Source: an uncultured Verrucomicrobiae bacterium (GTDB lineage: Bacteria > Verrucomicrobiota > Verrucomicrobiia > Limisphaerales > JAFGQR01). From it: 64,000 nt of DNA. The position numbers and the translations under genes were made by a program. The first letter of the stretch is position 1, and the number at the start of each line of letters is the position of its first letter. Positions 28,025 through 37,310 of the stretch are shown here, piece after piece. The stretch is taken from positions 1-64,000 of the forward strand of contig CAWBHS010000058.1 in assembly GCA_963788655.1 (NCBI GenBank), read 5' to 3'. The notes beneath the pieces are model-generated. The model saw nothing but the letters and a program-made list of their open reading frames with translations, did no database searches and was not told where the DNA came from.

Positions 28025-29105
28025 GTGAAAGGCAAATCACGTCAGGCCACTGTTGATCGCCCACGTTCCCGGAAACGGGTTCCGCCAAAGCAGCCTCCCC
28101 TGCCGCCGCCGAGCAACAGCGTGTCTCCTGGAACGCTTCTATTCCGGCCGCCACTGGAACGGATGTTGCGGATTCACCAGGCCATCCAATCCGGCAGCTA
28201 TCCGAATGCCTCCACCCTGGCGCGCGAACTGGAGGTCAGCACCAAGTCGATTCATCGCGACCTGGAATTCATGCGCGACCGGCTGGAGTTGCCGATGGAG
28301 TATGACGCACTGCGGTATCGGCTACCATTACACGCAGGAAGTCAGCTTCGTTCCCGACGCTTCAGATCACCGAAGGCGAATTGTTCGCCCTGCTGGTAGC
28401 GGAGAAAGCCTTGCAGCAATACCGGGGCACCAACTTCGAAAAGCCGCTGCTCAGCGCCTTCAAGAAAATGGACCAGTCACTTCCGGACACGGTGTCCCTG
28501 AACCTTTCGAGATTGGCAACAAACCATTTCCTTTCGCACCCGCGCCGAACCCATCTTGAACCTCGAAATCTTCGATGCGCTGGCCAAGGCCACCACCCGC
28601 CACCAGCAGGTGAGCCTGACTTATCGCAAGCCCGGCCAGCAGGCCCGGGAAGATCGCGTGGTGGACCCGTACCATCTGGCCAACATCAACGGCGAATGGT
28701 TCCTGTTTGCCTTCGATCATCTGCGCCGGAACATCCGCACGTTTGTACCGGCGCGTATCCAAGCCGTCAAATCGACCGGGAAGACGTTTGCGCGACCGGA
28801 AAAGTTCTCCTGTGCAACGCTTGCTGCGCGACAGCTTCGGCGTCCATTCGGGCCGGGGCACGCACCACGTGGTGATCCATTTCCATCCCCACATCGCCGA
28901 CTACATTCGCGAAAAGAAATGGCACCCCTCGCAAACGCTGAAGGAACTCCCGGACGGCGGAGTGGAACTTAAATTAAAGCTGTCCAGCCTCCTCGAAGTG
29001 CAGCGCTGGATTCTAGGATGGGCTGGCAACGCCGTCGCCATCGCTCCGCCCGAACTGGTGGCCTCAGTGACCGAGGCGGCCCAGCGAATTCTGCGTCCAG
29101 CTTAA
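28025..29105 (+). CDS. WYL-domain transcriptional regulator (HTH-WYL-WCX, PafB/C-like); frameshifted
   Basis: LARELEVSTKSIHRDLEFMRD (HTH), RVVDPYHL, WFLFAFD..R..RTFVPARI (WYL), WHPSQ, WILGWAG. Confidence 0.88.
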
Positions 29106-29127
29106 CCGTATCTATCCCATTGTGTTT

Positions 29128-29275
29128 GGGGAGTGTGCCCGCCTCGGGCGCTGCCCGCCGGCGCCCTCGCCGGTTGGCTCCGTGACTGAGCAGCCACTGA
29201 ACCGTGAATACCTGGGGATCCTCGACCGTGGTTGGCGAGGCGCAAACCACATCGCCCGGGGCGGGCGCGCTCCCC
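29128..29275. repeat. REP-like inverted element between convergent genes
   Basis: GGGGAGTGTGCCCGCCTCGGGCG ... CGCCCGGGGCGGGCGCGCTCCCC arms. Confidence 0.75.
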
Positions 29276-29347
29276 TTTTTGACTGAATCGTTACGGCGTC
29301 GCTTCGACCTTCGGAGTTCGGATTTGCTCCGCCGCCCTGCGCGGTTG

Positions 29348-30331
29348 TCAAACGTCGCAGAGTGTGACTGCTTCCCGCAGACCCTGGGAGGCGTTGCGAG
29401 TGGGGATGAATTCCTGGCCAACGTAACCTTGATACCCAATTTCGACCAACGCTTCCATGATGGGTCGATAGTTGAGTTCCTGCCGGTTGTCCAATTCGCC
29501 GCGGCCCGGATTGCCGGCGGTGTGGACGTGGCCGATGTATTCCTTCAATTCCCGGAGGCGACGGATGATGTCGCCGTCCATGATTTGCACGTGATAGACA
29601 TCGAAGAGGAGCTTCAATCGCGGTGAACCGACCCGCTTGATGATGTCGATGCAGTAATCGGTGTGGTCGCCCTGGTAACCCGGATGGCCTCGCATGGGAT
29701 GGGAGGTGTCGCGGCTATTCAGCATCTCCAGGCACAGGGTCACGTTCTTTTTCTCAGCGTAACTCACGATCTTTTTGAATCCTTCAACACAGTTCTTCGC
29801 GCCTTCGTCGAGGGCGATTTTCGGGCTGGTGGGATCGTTGGGATCTTTCGCGCTGTAGCCAGTGAAACAAATCACGTTGCGGGTGCCGAACGCCGCCGCG
29901 GCATCAATCGCTTCCTCAGTGGCCTTCATGACCCGGGGCCAATGGTCCGGATGGTTGAAGCCTTTGACGAAGGGCGGATCGGGATTCATGTCAATCTGGC
30001 CAATCGCGCAAGTCAACCCGAACTGCCGGATGATCGGATACTGATTGGCCGGAATCAATTCGACGCTTTTGCAACCAAGTTGCAGGGCCACTTGACAGAG
30101 TTGCTCGATATTCCATTTCTCGCCGAAGAGTTCGAAGCACCACTGGACAATTGACTGGTTGATGCGGCCGTTGGTAACGGCAGGCCCATGAGGACCGGCA
30201 GCATCAGTGGCGTTCGATGAGGTTGGTGATGTTGAGGCGCAGCCAGCCAAGGCCAACGCGGAGACACCCGCAGAGGCGGTTTGCAGAAAACGGCGGCGAT
30301 CAAGGCCGGAAGACGTAGCGGGAGTTTTCAT
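29348..30331 (-). CDS. Tat-exported hydroxypyruvate isomerase-like TIM-barrel protein
   Basis: DRRRFL Tat motif; LEMLNS, LFDVYHVQIMDGD, GHVHTAGNPGRGE, VGQEF. Confidence 0.9.
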   Translation of the reverse strand: MKTPATSSGLDRRRFLQTASAGVSALALAGCASTSPTSSNATDAAGPHGPAVTNGRINQSIVQWCFELFGEKWNIEQLCQVALQLGCKSVELIPANQYPIIRQFGLTCAIGQIDMNPDPPFVKGFNHPDHWPRVMKATEEAIDAAAAFGTRNVICFTGYSAKDPNDPTSPKIALDEGAKNCVEGFKKIVSYAEKKNVTLCLEMLNSRDTSHPMRGHPGYQGDHTDYCIDIIKRVGSPRLKLLFDVYHVQIMDGDIIRRLRELKEYIGHVHTAGNPGRGELDNRQELNYRPIMEALVEIGYQGYVGQEFIPTRNASQGLREAVTLCDV

Positions 30332-30373
30332 GGTGATTCGCTCAGGTTTGAAAGTTATTCAGCGTCAAAACTG

Positions 30374-30404
30374 CGCCGCCTTGAAGACGAACTTCAAGGC
30401 GGCG
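30374..30404 (-). terminator. Candidate intrinsic terminator after the SphA-like gene
   Basis: Perfect 13-bp stem CGCCGCCTTGAAG/CTTCAAGGCGGCG with 5-nt loop; short T-tract on minus strand. Confidence 0.55.
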
Positions 30405-30433
30405 ACTTGACTTCGATTATGGTCGGCTGGTGT

Positions 30434-31345
30434 TCACAGCCGCTTGGTCAGCGTTATGGTGAACGTATGGCCCTGCGGGCGATCCCGGGCATCGACCTCA
30501 TAGTTGTACCGCAGCGAAGCAAAGATGCCGGTCTTGGGACAAAACATCAGCACTTCCGGACCGAAGGCCACCACGTGATCATGCCGGCTGCGGTCATAAG
30601 ATGCTCCAATGCCGTAGTCGTCCGTGACCTGTTGTTGATAGTAACCCACCAATCCCACATCGACGGTCTTGCTGAGGCTCTTGCTCAGCCCCCATTCGAG
30701 CGTGTAGGTGTGACCAGGGGTCACCTTCACGTCGTCGTTCTCATGGTGAATTTCGTAGCGGTTCAGAAGGGACAACGCCCAGGTCTTTTGCTGATCGAAA
30801 TACCACGTGACTCCAGCCGTGAACATGTGCGACCAGTAGCCCTTGCCCGGTTGGGAAGGATCGGTCGCCCGAAAGTTGCCCGAGGGCGCCCAAATGGCAT
30901 ACCCCAGCGCCAGATCATAATTCTTTTGATGCCAGGACAAGGTGATCGGTTCCAGTTGGATGTCGCCCATACCGAAGGTGTCGGTTTGCTGACGATAGCC
31001 AGGCACTTTGAACTGCACGTCGGTGTAGCTAAACGGCACAATGACATCCATGCCGTAATTGCCACCCAGGATTTTGTAGTCCGTGATCCAGATCAAACGC
31101 GGTGCCTGCACGTAGGCCAAGGCATTGAAGTCCGAAAACGGTCCGGTGGGATATTCGTTGGCAAAGTAAAAGAAGTTGTAATCGCGCAGGTAAACTCCCG
31201 GTGGTGGCAAGGAAGACCCTTTTATGCCCTCCGCGCCGGCCGGATAATGCCCGCCAAACGGACTGAACGGCAACTGGGCGTGACTAAGGTGAGGCAGGCC
31301 CACCACGCAGGCGGCCAACAGAAAACAAGGAATAATATTTTTCAT
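30434..31345 (-). CDS. Outer-membrane channel, SphA/MetA-pathway phenol degradation family
   Basis: Signal peptide, HYPAGAEG..PPPG, FGMGDI, beta-barrel pattern, VGYYQQQVTDD. Confidence 0.85.
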   Translation of the reverse strand: MKNIIPCFLLAACVVGLPHLSHAQLPFSPFGGHYPAGAEGIKGSSLPPPGVYLRDYNFFYFANEYPTGPFSDFNALAYVQAPRLIWITDYKILGGNYGMDVIVPFSYTDVQFKVPGYRQQTDTFGMGDIQLEPITLSWHQKNYDLALGYAIWAPSGNFRATDPSQPGKGYWSHMFTAGVTWYFDQQKTWALSLLNRYEIHHENDDVKVTPGHTYTLEWGLSKSLSKTVDVGLVGYYQQQVTDDYGIGASYDRSRHDHVVAFGPEVLMFCPKTGIFASLRYNYEVDARDRPQGHTFTITLTKRL

Positions 31346-31374
31346 GAGTATGGTTTGGTTGGTGTGAACTTCGA

Positions 31375-32680
31375 TTAATCCGTCAGCTTGCCCGACAGGT
31401 AGGTGTCATACGCAGCCAGGTCCAACATCCCGTGCCCGCACATATTGAACAGGATCACCTTCTTCTTCCCTTCCTCGCGGCATTTGATGGCTTCGTCCAC
31501 CACGGCGCGAATGGCATGGGAAGGTTCCGGTGCCGGCACGATGCCTTCCGTGCGGGCAAAGAGAAGCGCGGCTTCAAACACCTTGGTTTGCGGATACGAC
31601 ACGGCTTCCATCAAACCCAGTTTCACGGCGTGACTGATCATGGGCGCCATGCCATGGTAGCGCAGCCCGCCCGCGTGAATCTTCGGCGGAATGAACTTGT
31701 GCCCGAGCGTGTACATCATCAGCAGCGGGGTCATCTCCGCCGTGTCGCCGAAGTCGTATTTGAGGTCACCCTTGGTCAGCGTGGCGCAGGAAGTCGGTTC
31801 CACGGCCACGATGCGGTAGTTCTTCTTTTCGGTGATCTTCTTGTGGATGAAGGGAAAGGAAATACCGGCAAAATTGCTGCCCCCACCGACACAGCCGATG
31901 ATCACATCCGGATCCTCGCCGGCCATTTCCATCTGTTTGATCGCTTCCTGGCCGATCACCGTTTGGTGCATGCACACATGATTCAGCACGCTACCCAGCG
32001 AATACTTGGTGTTCTGGGATTTAACCGTGTCTTCAATGGCTTCACTGATGGCGATCCCCAGGCTGCCGGGGCAATCCGGATCTTCCTTCAGCAATTGGCG
32101 GCCAAACTCCGTTTGATCACTTGGACTGGCATGAACGGTGGCGCCCCAGGTTTCCATCAGGAGCTTCCGATACGGCTTCTGTTGGAAACTCACTTTGACC
32201 ATGTACACGTTGCACTCCAAACCGAACAATTTACAGGCCATGGCCAGGGATGACCCCCATTGGCCGGCGCCGGTTTCGGTCGCCAACCGCTTGGTGCCGG
32301 CTTCCTTGTTGTAGAACGCCTGCGGCACGGCGGTGTTGGGCTTGTGGCTGCCGGCGGGACTGCCGCCCTCGGTACTTGTAGTAGATGTGGGCCGGGGTTT
32401 GCAGGGCTTGCTCCAAGCGGACCGCGCGCAGCAACGGCGTGGGCCGCCATAGGGTGTAAACGTCCTGGACCGGCTCCGGAATATCGACGTAGCGATCCGG
32501 ACACATTTCCTGCTGGACCAGGTTTTCCGGGAAGATCGCCGCCAGCATGTCGGGGGTGACGGGTTCCTTGGTGCCGGGGTGCAGCGGCGGCGGCAGCGGC
32601 TCGGGGAAATCGGCGAGCAGGTTATACCATTGTTTGGGCATGTCCTCTTGGGACAGGGCGAATCGAATTTTCTGGCTCAT
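31375..32680 (-). CDS. trpB2: Tryptophan synthase beta chain-like, TrpB2 (frameshift near 32370)
   Basis: [64 protein letters not shown]. Confidence 0.92.
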
Positions 32681-32916
32681 GCGTTCTAGTTACAGGGTTA
32701 AAACGCGGCTAGGAATATCGCTTATCCGCCCCGCTGTCAAACATGCAAATTGGTCGGCACCAAAATCGTTCGTGCCATTTGCCCAGGGGTCCGTTAGAAA
32801 CCGTCGCATGCGTTTGGCATCCTCAACAGTGGTTCGGGCGAACACCAAAGCGCGGGTACTGCCGCGCCGACCGTGCGACCAAGGTGGTTTCATTCGGCGA
32901 TCCGCAAGGCCAGTTT

Positions 32917-34371
32917 ATGGAGCCCACTAATCCATCCCGTTACCAACCCTTGGATAAGCCGGCGGAAACGGAGCGCGCCACGCTGCGCACACATCAGAAA
33001 GCGTTTCAGATCAATCTCGATCCAGGCAAATACGGCTCGCTCGCGGAGATCGGCGCCGGCCAGGAAGTGGCGCGCTGGTTTTTTCGCGTGGGCGGCGCCG
33101 CCGGCACCATCGCCAAGACCATGTCCGCCTACGACATGGCGGTGAGCGATGACATTTACGGGAAAGTTCCCCGGTATGTCAGCCGGCAACGACTGCTCTC
33201 GATGTTGGACCACGAATATGCGCTCATGGAGCAGCGCCTCAGCCGCGAGCGCGGCGCGAGCACCCGGTTTTTCTCCTTTGCCGACACCGTCGCCGCCAAG
33301 AGTTTCAATCGCCAGGACGACTGCCATGGCTGGATGGGCATCCGGTTTCAAGTCCAGCCGTTCGGGCCGTCCAACGAAATTATCATCCACGTGCGCCTGT
33401 TGGACCGGGAGAATCTGCAACAGCAGGAAGTGCTGGGAATTCTCGGCGTCAATTTGATTTACGGCGCCATGTATTTGCACGAGTGTCCGGTGCGGTTGAT
33501 CCATTCGTTGCAAGACAATCTCGCGATAGAACGTTTCGAAGTGGACCTGATCCAGTTTACCGGGCCCGCCTTCACCGGGGTGGACAACCGCCTCATGAGC
33601 CTGCAATTGGTGCAACAGGGATTGACGAATGCCGCCATGTTCACCGCACAAGGCGAAGTGGTGCAACCGTCCGAAATCCTCTACAAGAAGGCGATCCTGG
33701 CCGAACGCGGCAGTTTCCGTCCCGTCACCAAAGCCACTCTGGATTTGCTACGCTGTGCCCGGGAACAATACGTGCGGGATGCCGGCGTGTCCGAAGACGA
33801 ATTGGTGGTGCTGTTGGAAATGACCCTCAACAACCTGATGGACAATGGAGCCATTGATCATCGCGATTTCCTGGATCGCGCGGACCTGATCACCACGTTG
33901 GGCCGCCCGGTGCTTATCTCGAATTTTGCGCGGCACTACAAACTGGGGGCTTATCTCCAGCAGCATACCCACCAAATGATTGGTCTGGCCATGGGCCTGC
34001 CAACGCTGCGGGAGATCTTCAATGAAAAGTACTATACCGACCTCGAAGGCGGCATTCTCGAATCCTTTGGCCGGCTGTTTAAAAATGATTTGAAATTGTA
34101 CGTGTATCCGTTCCAGGACGAAATGACCGGCGAAATTGTGACGGTCGAAAATTTGCGGGTCGCACCGAACTTACTGCACTTATACCAGCATCTGCTCGAT
34201 AACCGGTTCATCCAAAGCCTGCACGGCTTTGACGCCGGTTGCCTGCCGTTTTACGCGCAACACGTGCTGGCCAAAATCCAAGCCAATGAACCTTCGTGGG
34301 AGACGATGGTGCCGGAGCAGGTGGCGGGGATGATCCGGGAACGCGGGCTGTTCCAGAAGCCGCGAACGTAG
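32917..34371 (+). CDS. Nicotinamide/nicotinate-nucleotide adenylyltransferase-like conserved protein
   Basis: YGSLAEIGAGQEVARWFF, GTIAKTMSAYDM, RGSFRPVT, GGILESFGRLF, WETMVP; function tentative. Confidence 0.6.
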   Translation: MEPTNPSRYQPLDKPAETERATLRTHQKAFQINLDPGKYGSLAEIGAGQEVARWFFRVGGAAGTIAKTMSAYDMAVSDDIYGKVPRYVSRQRLLSMLDHEYALMEQRLSRERGASTRFFSFADTVAAKSFNRQDDCHGWMGIRFQVQPFGPSNEIIIHVRLLDRENLQQQEVLGILGVNLIYGAMYLHECPVRLIHSLQDNLAIERFEVDLIQFTGPAFTGVDNRLMSLQLVQQGLTNAAMFTAQGEVVQPSEILYKKAILAERGSFRPVTKATLDLLRCAREQYVRDAGVSEDELVVLLEMTLNNLMDNGAIDHRDFLDRADLITTLGRPVLISNFARHYKLGAYLQQHTHQMIGLAMGLPTLREIFNEKYYTDLEGGILESFGRLFKNDLKLYVYPFQDEMTGEIVTVENLRVAPNLLHLYQHLLDNRFIQSLHGFDAGCLPFYAQHVLAKIQANEPSWETMVPEQVAGMIRERGLFQKPRT

Positions 34372-34373
34372 GC

Positions 34374-34695
34374 GATGCGGGGTGTCGGATGCCGGATGCC
34401 GGATGCCAGATGCGGGATGGTGCATCCAAGGCAGGAATGAGTGGAGTGGCCCATCAAGCCGGATGCCGGATGCCAGATGCCAGATGCCGGATGCCGGATG
34501 CCAGATGCCAGATGCCAGATGCCAGATGCCGGATGCCAGGTGCCGGATGCCAGGTGCCGGATGCCAGGTGCCGGATGCCAGGTGCCGGATGCCAGGTGCC
34601 GGATGCCAGGTGCCGGATGCCAGGTGCCGGATGCCAGATGCCAGATGCGACCAGGTGCCGGATGCCAGATGCCGGTGCCAGATGCCGGATACTGG
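34374..34695. repeat. Heptamer tandem array (GATGCCG/GATGCCA/GGTGCCG)
   Basis: Directly visible 7-bp periodicity with a 14-bp superperiod GGATGCCAGGTGCC. Confidence 0.95.
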
Positions 34696-34770
34696 ATGGC
34701 GTGCCGCGCAGGCTTTCAACCTTGAACAGGGCGCCCAGGAGCAGCCGGCAAGGAGCGCAATTTTTAGGGG

Positions 34771-34800
34771 TTGACCCCGTGCCGAAAATCGCCGTAACCT
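34771..34800 (+). promoter_or_regulatory. Candidate cassette promoter (Pc-like)
   Basis: TTGACC-N18-TAACCT facing the cassette array. Confidence 0.45.
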
Positions 34801-34840
34801 AATCGCGCGTATGGAATTACCGACGGAGTTTCACTAGTTC

Positions 34841-34878
34841 AATATACGAACGGCTGGTTCGTATATTAATTGTTAAAC
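34841..34878 (+). other. attI-like site: palindrome AATATACGAAC-N5-GTTCGTATATT followed by GTTAAAC
   Basis: GTTRRRY core at 34872-34878, 11 bp before the first cassette ATG. Confidence 0.5.
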
Positions 34879-34889
34879 TAGACCACGTA

Positions 34890-35270
34890 ATGAAAGCAAA
34901 AGACATCATCATAATTGTGCTGCTGCTGGCACTTGCGGTCGTGAGTTACGCTCTTGGTTATCGCAACGGCAAGTTCCGAGACATTGAGAGGCGAGAGGCG
35001 GCAGCCCGCCTCAGCACCAGCCTTCTTCTGTATGCGGTTGCCGAGAAGGGGGACATGGGGAAGTTGCGGAGCGACCTGGGCATAGTCGTCCTCGGGCAGA
35101 CGCGGACCTTCGAAGAGAGATACGGCGTCCCGCACAGCGATGATTGGTTTGCGGAGCGTTTTGCTCACGCACAGACCATCGCTACGCAAATCGAGAGCCG
35201 GCTTGTGCGTTTCAATTCGCCGCGAGATTTCATCCACGCAATAGAGAAAACCAATGCCGCACCAAAATAG
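34890..35270 (+). CDS. Integron cassette protein 1, hypothetical with N-terminal TM/signal
   Basis: 126-aa ORF between the attI-like site and attC1. Confidence 0.75.
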   Translation: MKAKDIIIIVLLLALAVVSYALGYRNGKFRDIERREAAARLSTSLLLYAVAEKGDMGKLRSDLGIVVLGQTRTFEERYGVPHSDDWFAERFAHAQTIATQIESRLVRFNSPRDFIHAIEKTNAAPK

Positions 35271-35292
35271 ACAAACGCTTGATTCGCGGCAT

Positions 35293-35380
35293 AGCAAACC
35301 GACTGCACCGAACCCCGCGATTACGTCGCCGTCTCAACTTGGAAATCACGGGCGCGGGGTCGGTGGCCGGGATGTTAGCT
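35293..35380 (+). mobile_element. attC site 1
   Basis: R'' AGCAAAC, L'' CACCGAACCCCGCG, L' CGCGGGGTCGGTG (one extrahelical base), R' GTTAGCT. Confidence 0.75.
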
Positions 35381-35391
35381 CGGAGATCCGC

Positions 35392-35706
35392 ATGCTCATA
35401 TTTTTCTCCATTACGGTCGTCGTAATGCCCGCGCTCCTCACGGAGGCAGCGTGCGCGTTCGCCGAGCGGCAGCATCGACGGGCTGCTTGGTACGTAGCGT
35501 TACTCAGCTGCATTGTGACTGGATTTATTGGCGCTATTTTGATTTTTCAGGGAGACGTATTCTATTTGGATTCTTGGCTGGACAACGGCAAAGGTTCGTC
35601 CGTTCGGAATTGCTTCCTGATAGGGAGTGGGGTCGGCCTTTTCCCCGGATTGTTAGTGGTCCGATTTTACCGTGAGAAATTCAGATGCCAGAAAAAACCA
35701 GCCTAA
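35392..35706 (+). CDS. Integron cassette protein 2, small membrane protein (about 3 TM)
   Basis: GGAG then ATG just after attC1; stop TAA lies inside R'' GCCTAAC of attC2. Confidence 0.7.
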   Translation: MLIFFSITVVVMPALLTEAACAFAERQHRRAAWYVALLSCIVTGFIGAILIFQGDVFYLDSWLDNGKGSSVRNCFLIGSGVGLFPGLLVVRFYREKFRCQKKPA

Positions 35707-35827
35707 CAAAATCATTTCAGACAACTGGCTTATGCCGATTGGCTTTGATGCCATTTATGAAAATTGAACCTTTAACTTTGAGTCGAAGCACCGGCTTCCG
35801 AGCCAGTGTCTGACTTCGGCGTTCGGC
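35701..35827 (+). mobile_element. attC site 2
   Basis: R'' GCCTAAC, L'' TCAGACAACTGGCT, L' AGCCAGTGTCTGA (one extrahelical base), R' GTTCGGC. Confidence 0.82.
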
Positions 35828-35885
35828 CTATGGATTCGATGCCGCGTAACAAACACACTGAAACCACGTCAACACAGGAAAGAAT

Positions 35886-36719
35886 ATGAAAATGAAGAAT
35901 ATCTCAGTCAGCATGGTGGTACTTGCGTCCTTGTTGAGCGCGACAGCCAACGGTTTCCAATCAGGCGAGTATGACGAAGAAGCTTTGCGGCTACTTCGCA
36001 CGATGTCTGGGGCGATTCCTTTGCGGACCACATCACTCCAAAAGACCGCACCCGATTTTGCCGTCCAGAAGCACCCTGGGCTCGCTTGGGGCGAGGCGGT
36101 CGCTGAGGCTAACTCGCGCTTCGGCCAGCGCCAACCTGAGCGGGCGGTTTTCCTCCGAAAATACCTTGGAAAGGGATCGCCCGAGATTCAGCTCGTTGAA
36201 CTGCAATTACCCTCCTCAGGGATTTCCTTTGTCACGGGAAGCGGTATATCGAGAGGATTCGTGTTTGGCCCGGCGGACAAGCCGACCGCGACAATCACGG
36301 TTCGGGTTGTGCCGGGCCAACTCCTCATTGGCGAGCCGACGCTCGACCTCACGACCGCCACGGTAGAGGGAGTAGTTTACAGCCATCTTAAGTTCGATTT
36401 GAACGACCACCTGACTTCCGCTACTCGGCAGTTACCACCAAATTCCAAGGGAGTGACTCTCACAGTGGGACAGAACACCTCAGGCACTGGCGGCGTAAAC
36501 TTTTTCTGGGTGCAGATTTCAGCGCCGGGCGGTGAATCGGAGTCGATCAACTGCACGCCGGACTTGGTGATTAGGGAGCGATGGGTGAGAAGTCCGGGGC
36601 ATCTGGACTTTCGAGAGGTGTATGAGAACGGAATTCTGCGCAGGCGGGTGCATTACAACAAGCGGCAAGTCAAAGGAGGAACGCAAACCTACATCGAACG
36701 AGAAGAAAGGTTTCCGTGA
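35886..36719 (+). CDS. Integron cassette protein 3, hypothetical exported protein
   Basis: 277-aa ORF with signal peptide (ATA-NG), codon usage unlike host genes, followed by attC3. Confidence 0.75.
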   Translation: MKMKNISVSMVVLASLLSATANGFQSGEYDEEALRLLRTMSGAIPLRTTSLQKTAPDFAVQKHPGLAWGEAVAEANSRFGQRQPERAVFLRKYLGKGSPEIQLVELQLPSSGISFVTGSGISRGFVFGPADKPTATITVRVVPGQLLIGEPTLDLTTATVEGVVYSHLKFDLNDHLTSATRQLPPNSKGVTLTVGQNTSGTGGVNFFWVQISAPGGESESINCTPDLVIRERWVRSPGHLDFREVYENGILRRRVHYNKRQVKGGTQTYIEREERFP

Positions 36720-36729
36720 ATAAACCGTC

Positions 36730-36839
36730 GCATAACACCTGTGCTTGGCCGAACAGCCGGCCCGGTCATCGGTCGGCGCTGGCGTTTCGATTGGTGGCTT
36801 CGTGCTCATTCGCGGCTGTCGGTCAGCTCAGGGTTCATG
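36730..36839 (+). mobile_element. attC site 3 (degenerate R')
   Basis: R'' GCATAAC, L'' TGGCCGAACAGCCG, L' CGGCTGTCGGTCA, GTT at 36833. Confidence 0.65.
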
Positions 36840-36875
36840 AGTAGGTTTTTGGAAACCACATGAGGAGCGGGAAGA

Positions 36876-37065
36876 TCATGTGCTTTTCTGCGTGTCGGCG
36901 ATGAGGCCGCAGATGACGGCGGCGACGGTAAACATCAACTCGCAGTCGTTGTAATAGTCGTCGCGGGCGATTTGTTTCCAGATGTATTTGACGCGGCCAC
37001 GGGGTTGGTGACTTCTTCGCGGCGGACGGCGGAGAGTTGTTGGAGGTTGTCCCAAACGCCATTTT
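36876..37065 (-). pseudogene. Remnant of phage terminase large subunit (GpA-like) C-terminus
   Basis: Manual translation across one frameshift: DNLQQLSAVRREEVTNP/GRVKYIWKQIARDDYYNDCELMFTVAAVICGLI*. Confidence 0.55.
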
Positions 37066-37310
37066 AGTCCTCATTGGTGCTCCTTGGTTACCGTTCGAAA
37101 GGCGCAAAAGAGAATTGCCGCACTCCAAGACGCTGTAGCGTCAGTCCCAGCACCAAGCCCATTGCGAAGTTCAAGCCGCATGGATAGGCTTGCGAAAATC
37201 CAAACTCCAGTGCCGGCTTCCACCCCCATTAACCGTTCGACTCCCTGACAGCCGCCGAGTTAAAAGTCCCTACATGGTCGTGGCGGCCCTTCTCGCACCG
37301 CGGACCACGA

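Noticed and set aside
28025..29105. WYL gene as marker of an anti-phage defence island
   Set aside because: Neighbours are rho and a sugar isomerase-like gene; no defence effectors adjacent
34180..34802. Repeat proteins (MPDARC / HLASGIW ORFs)
   Set aside because: Translations of the heptamer array, open in several frames on both strands
35841..35870. Additional attC starting at GCGTAAC
   Set aside because: No complementary L'/R' arm found downstream
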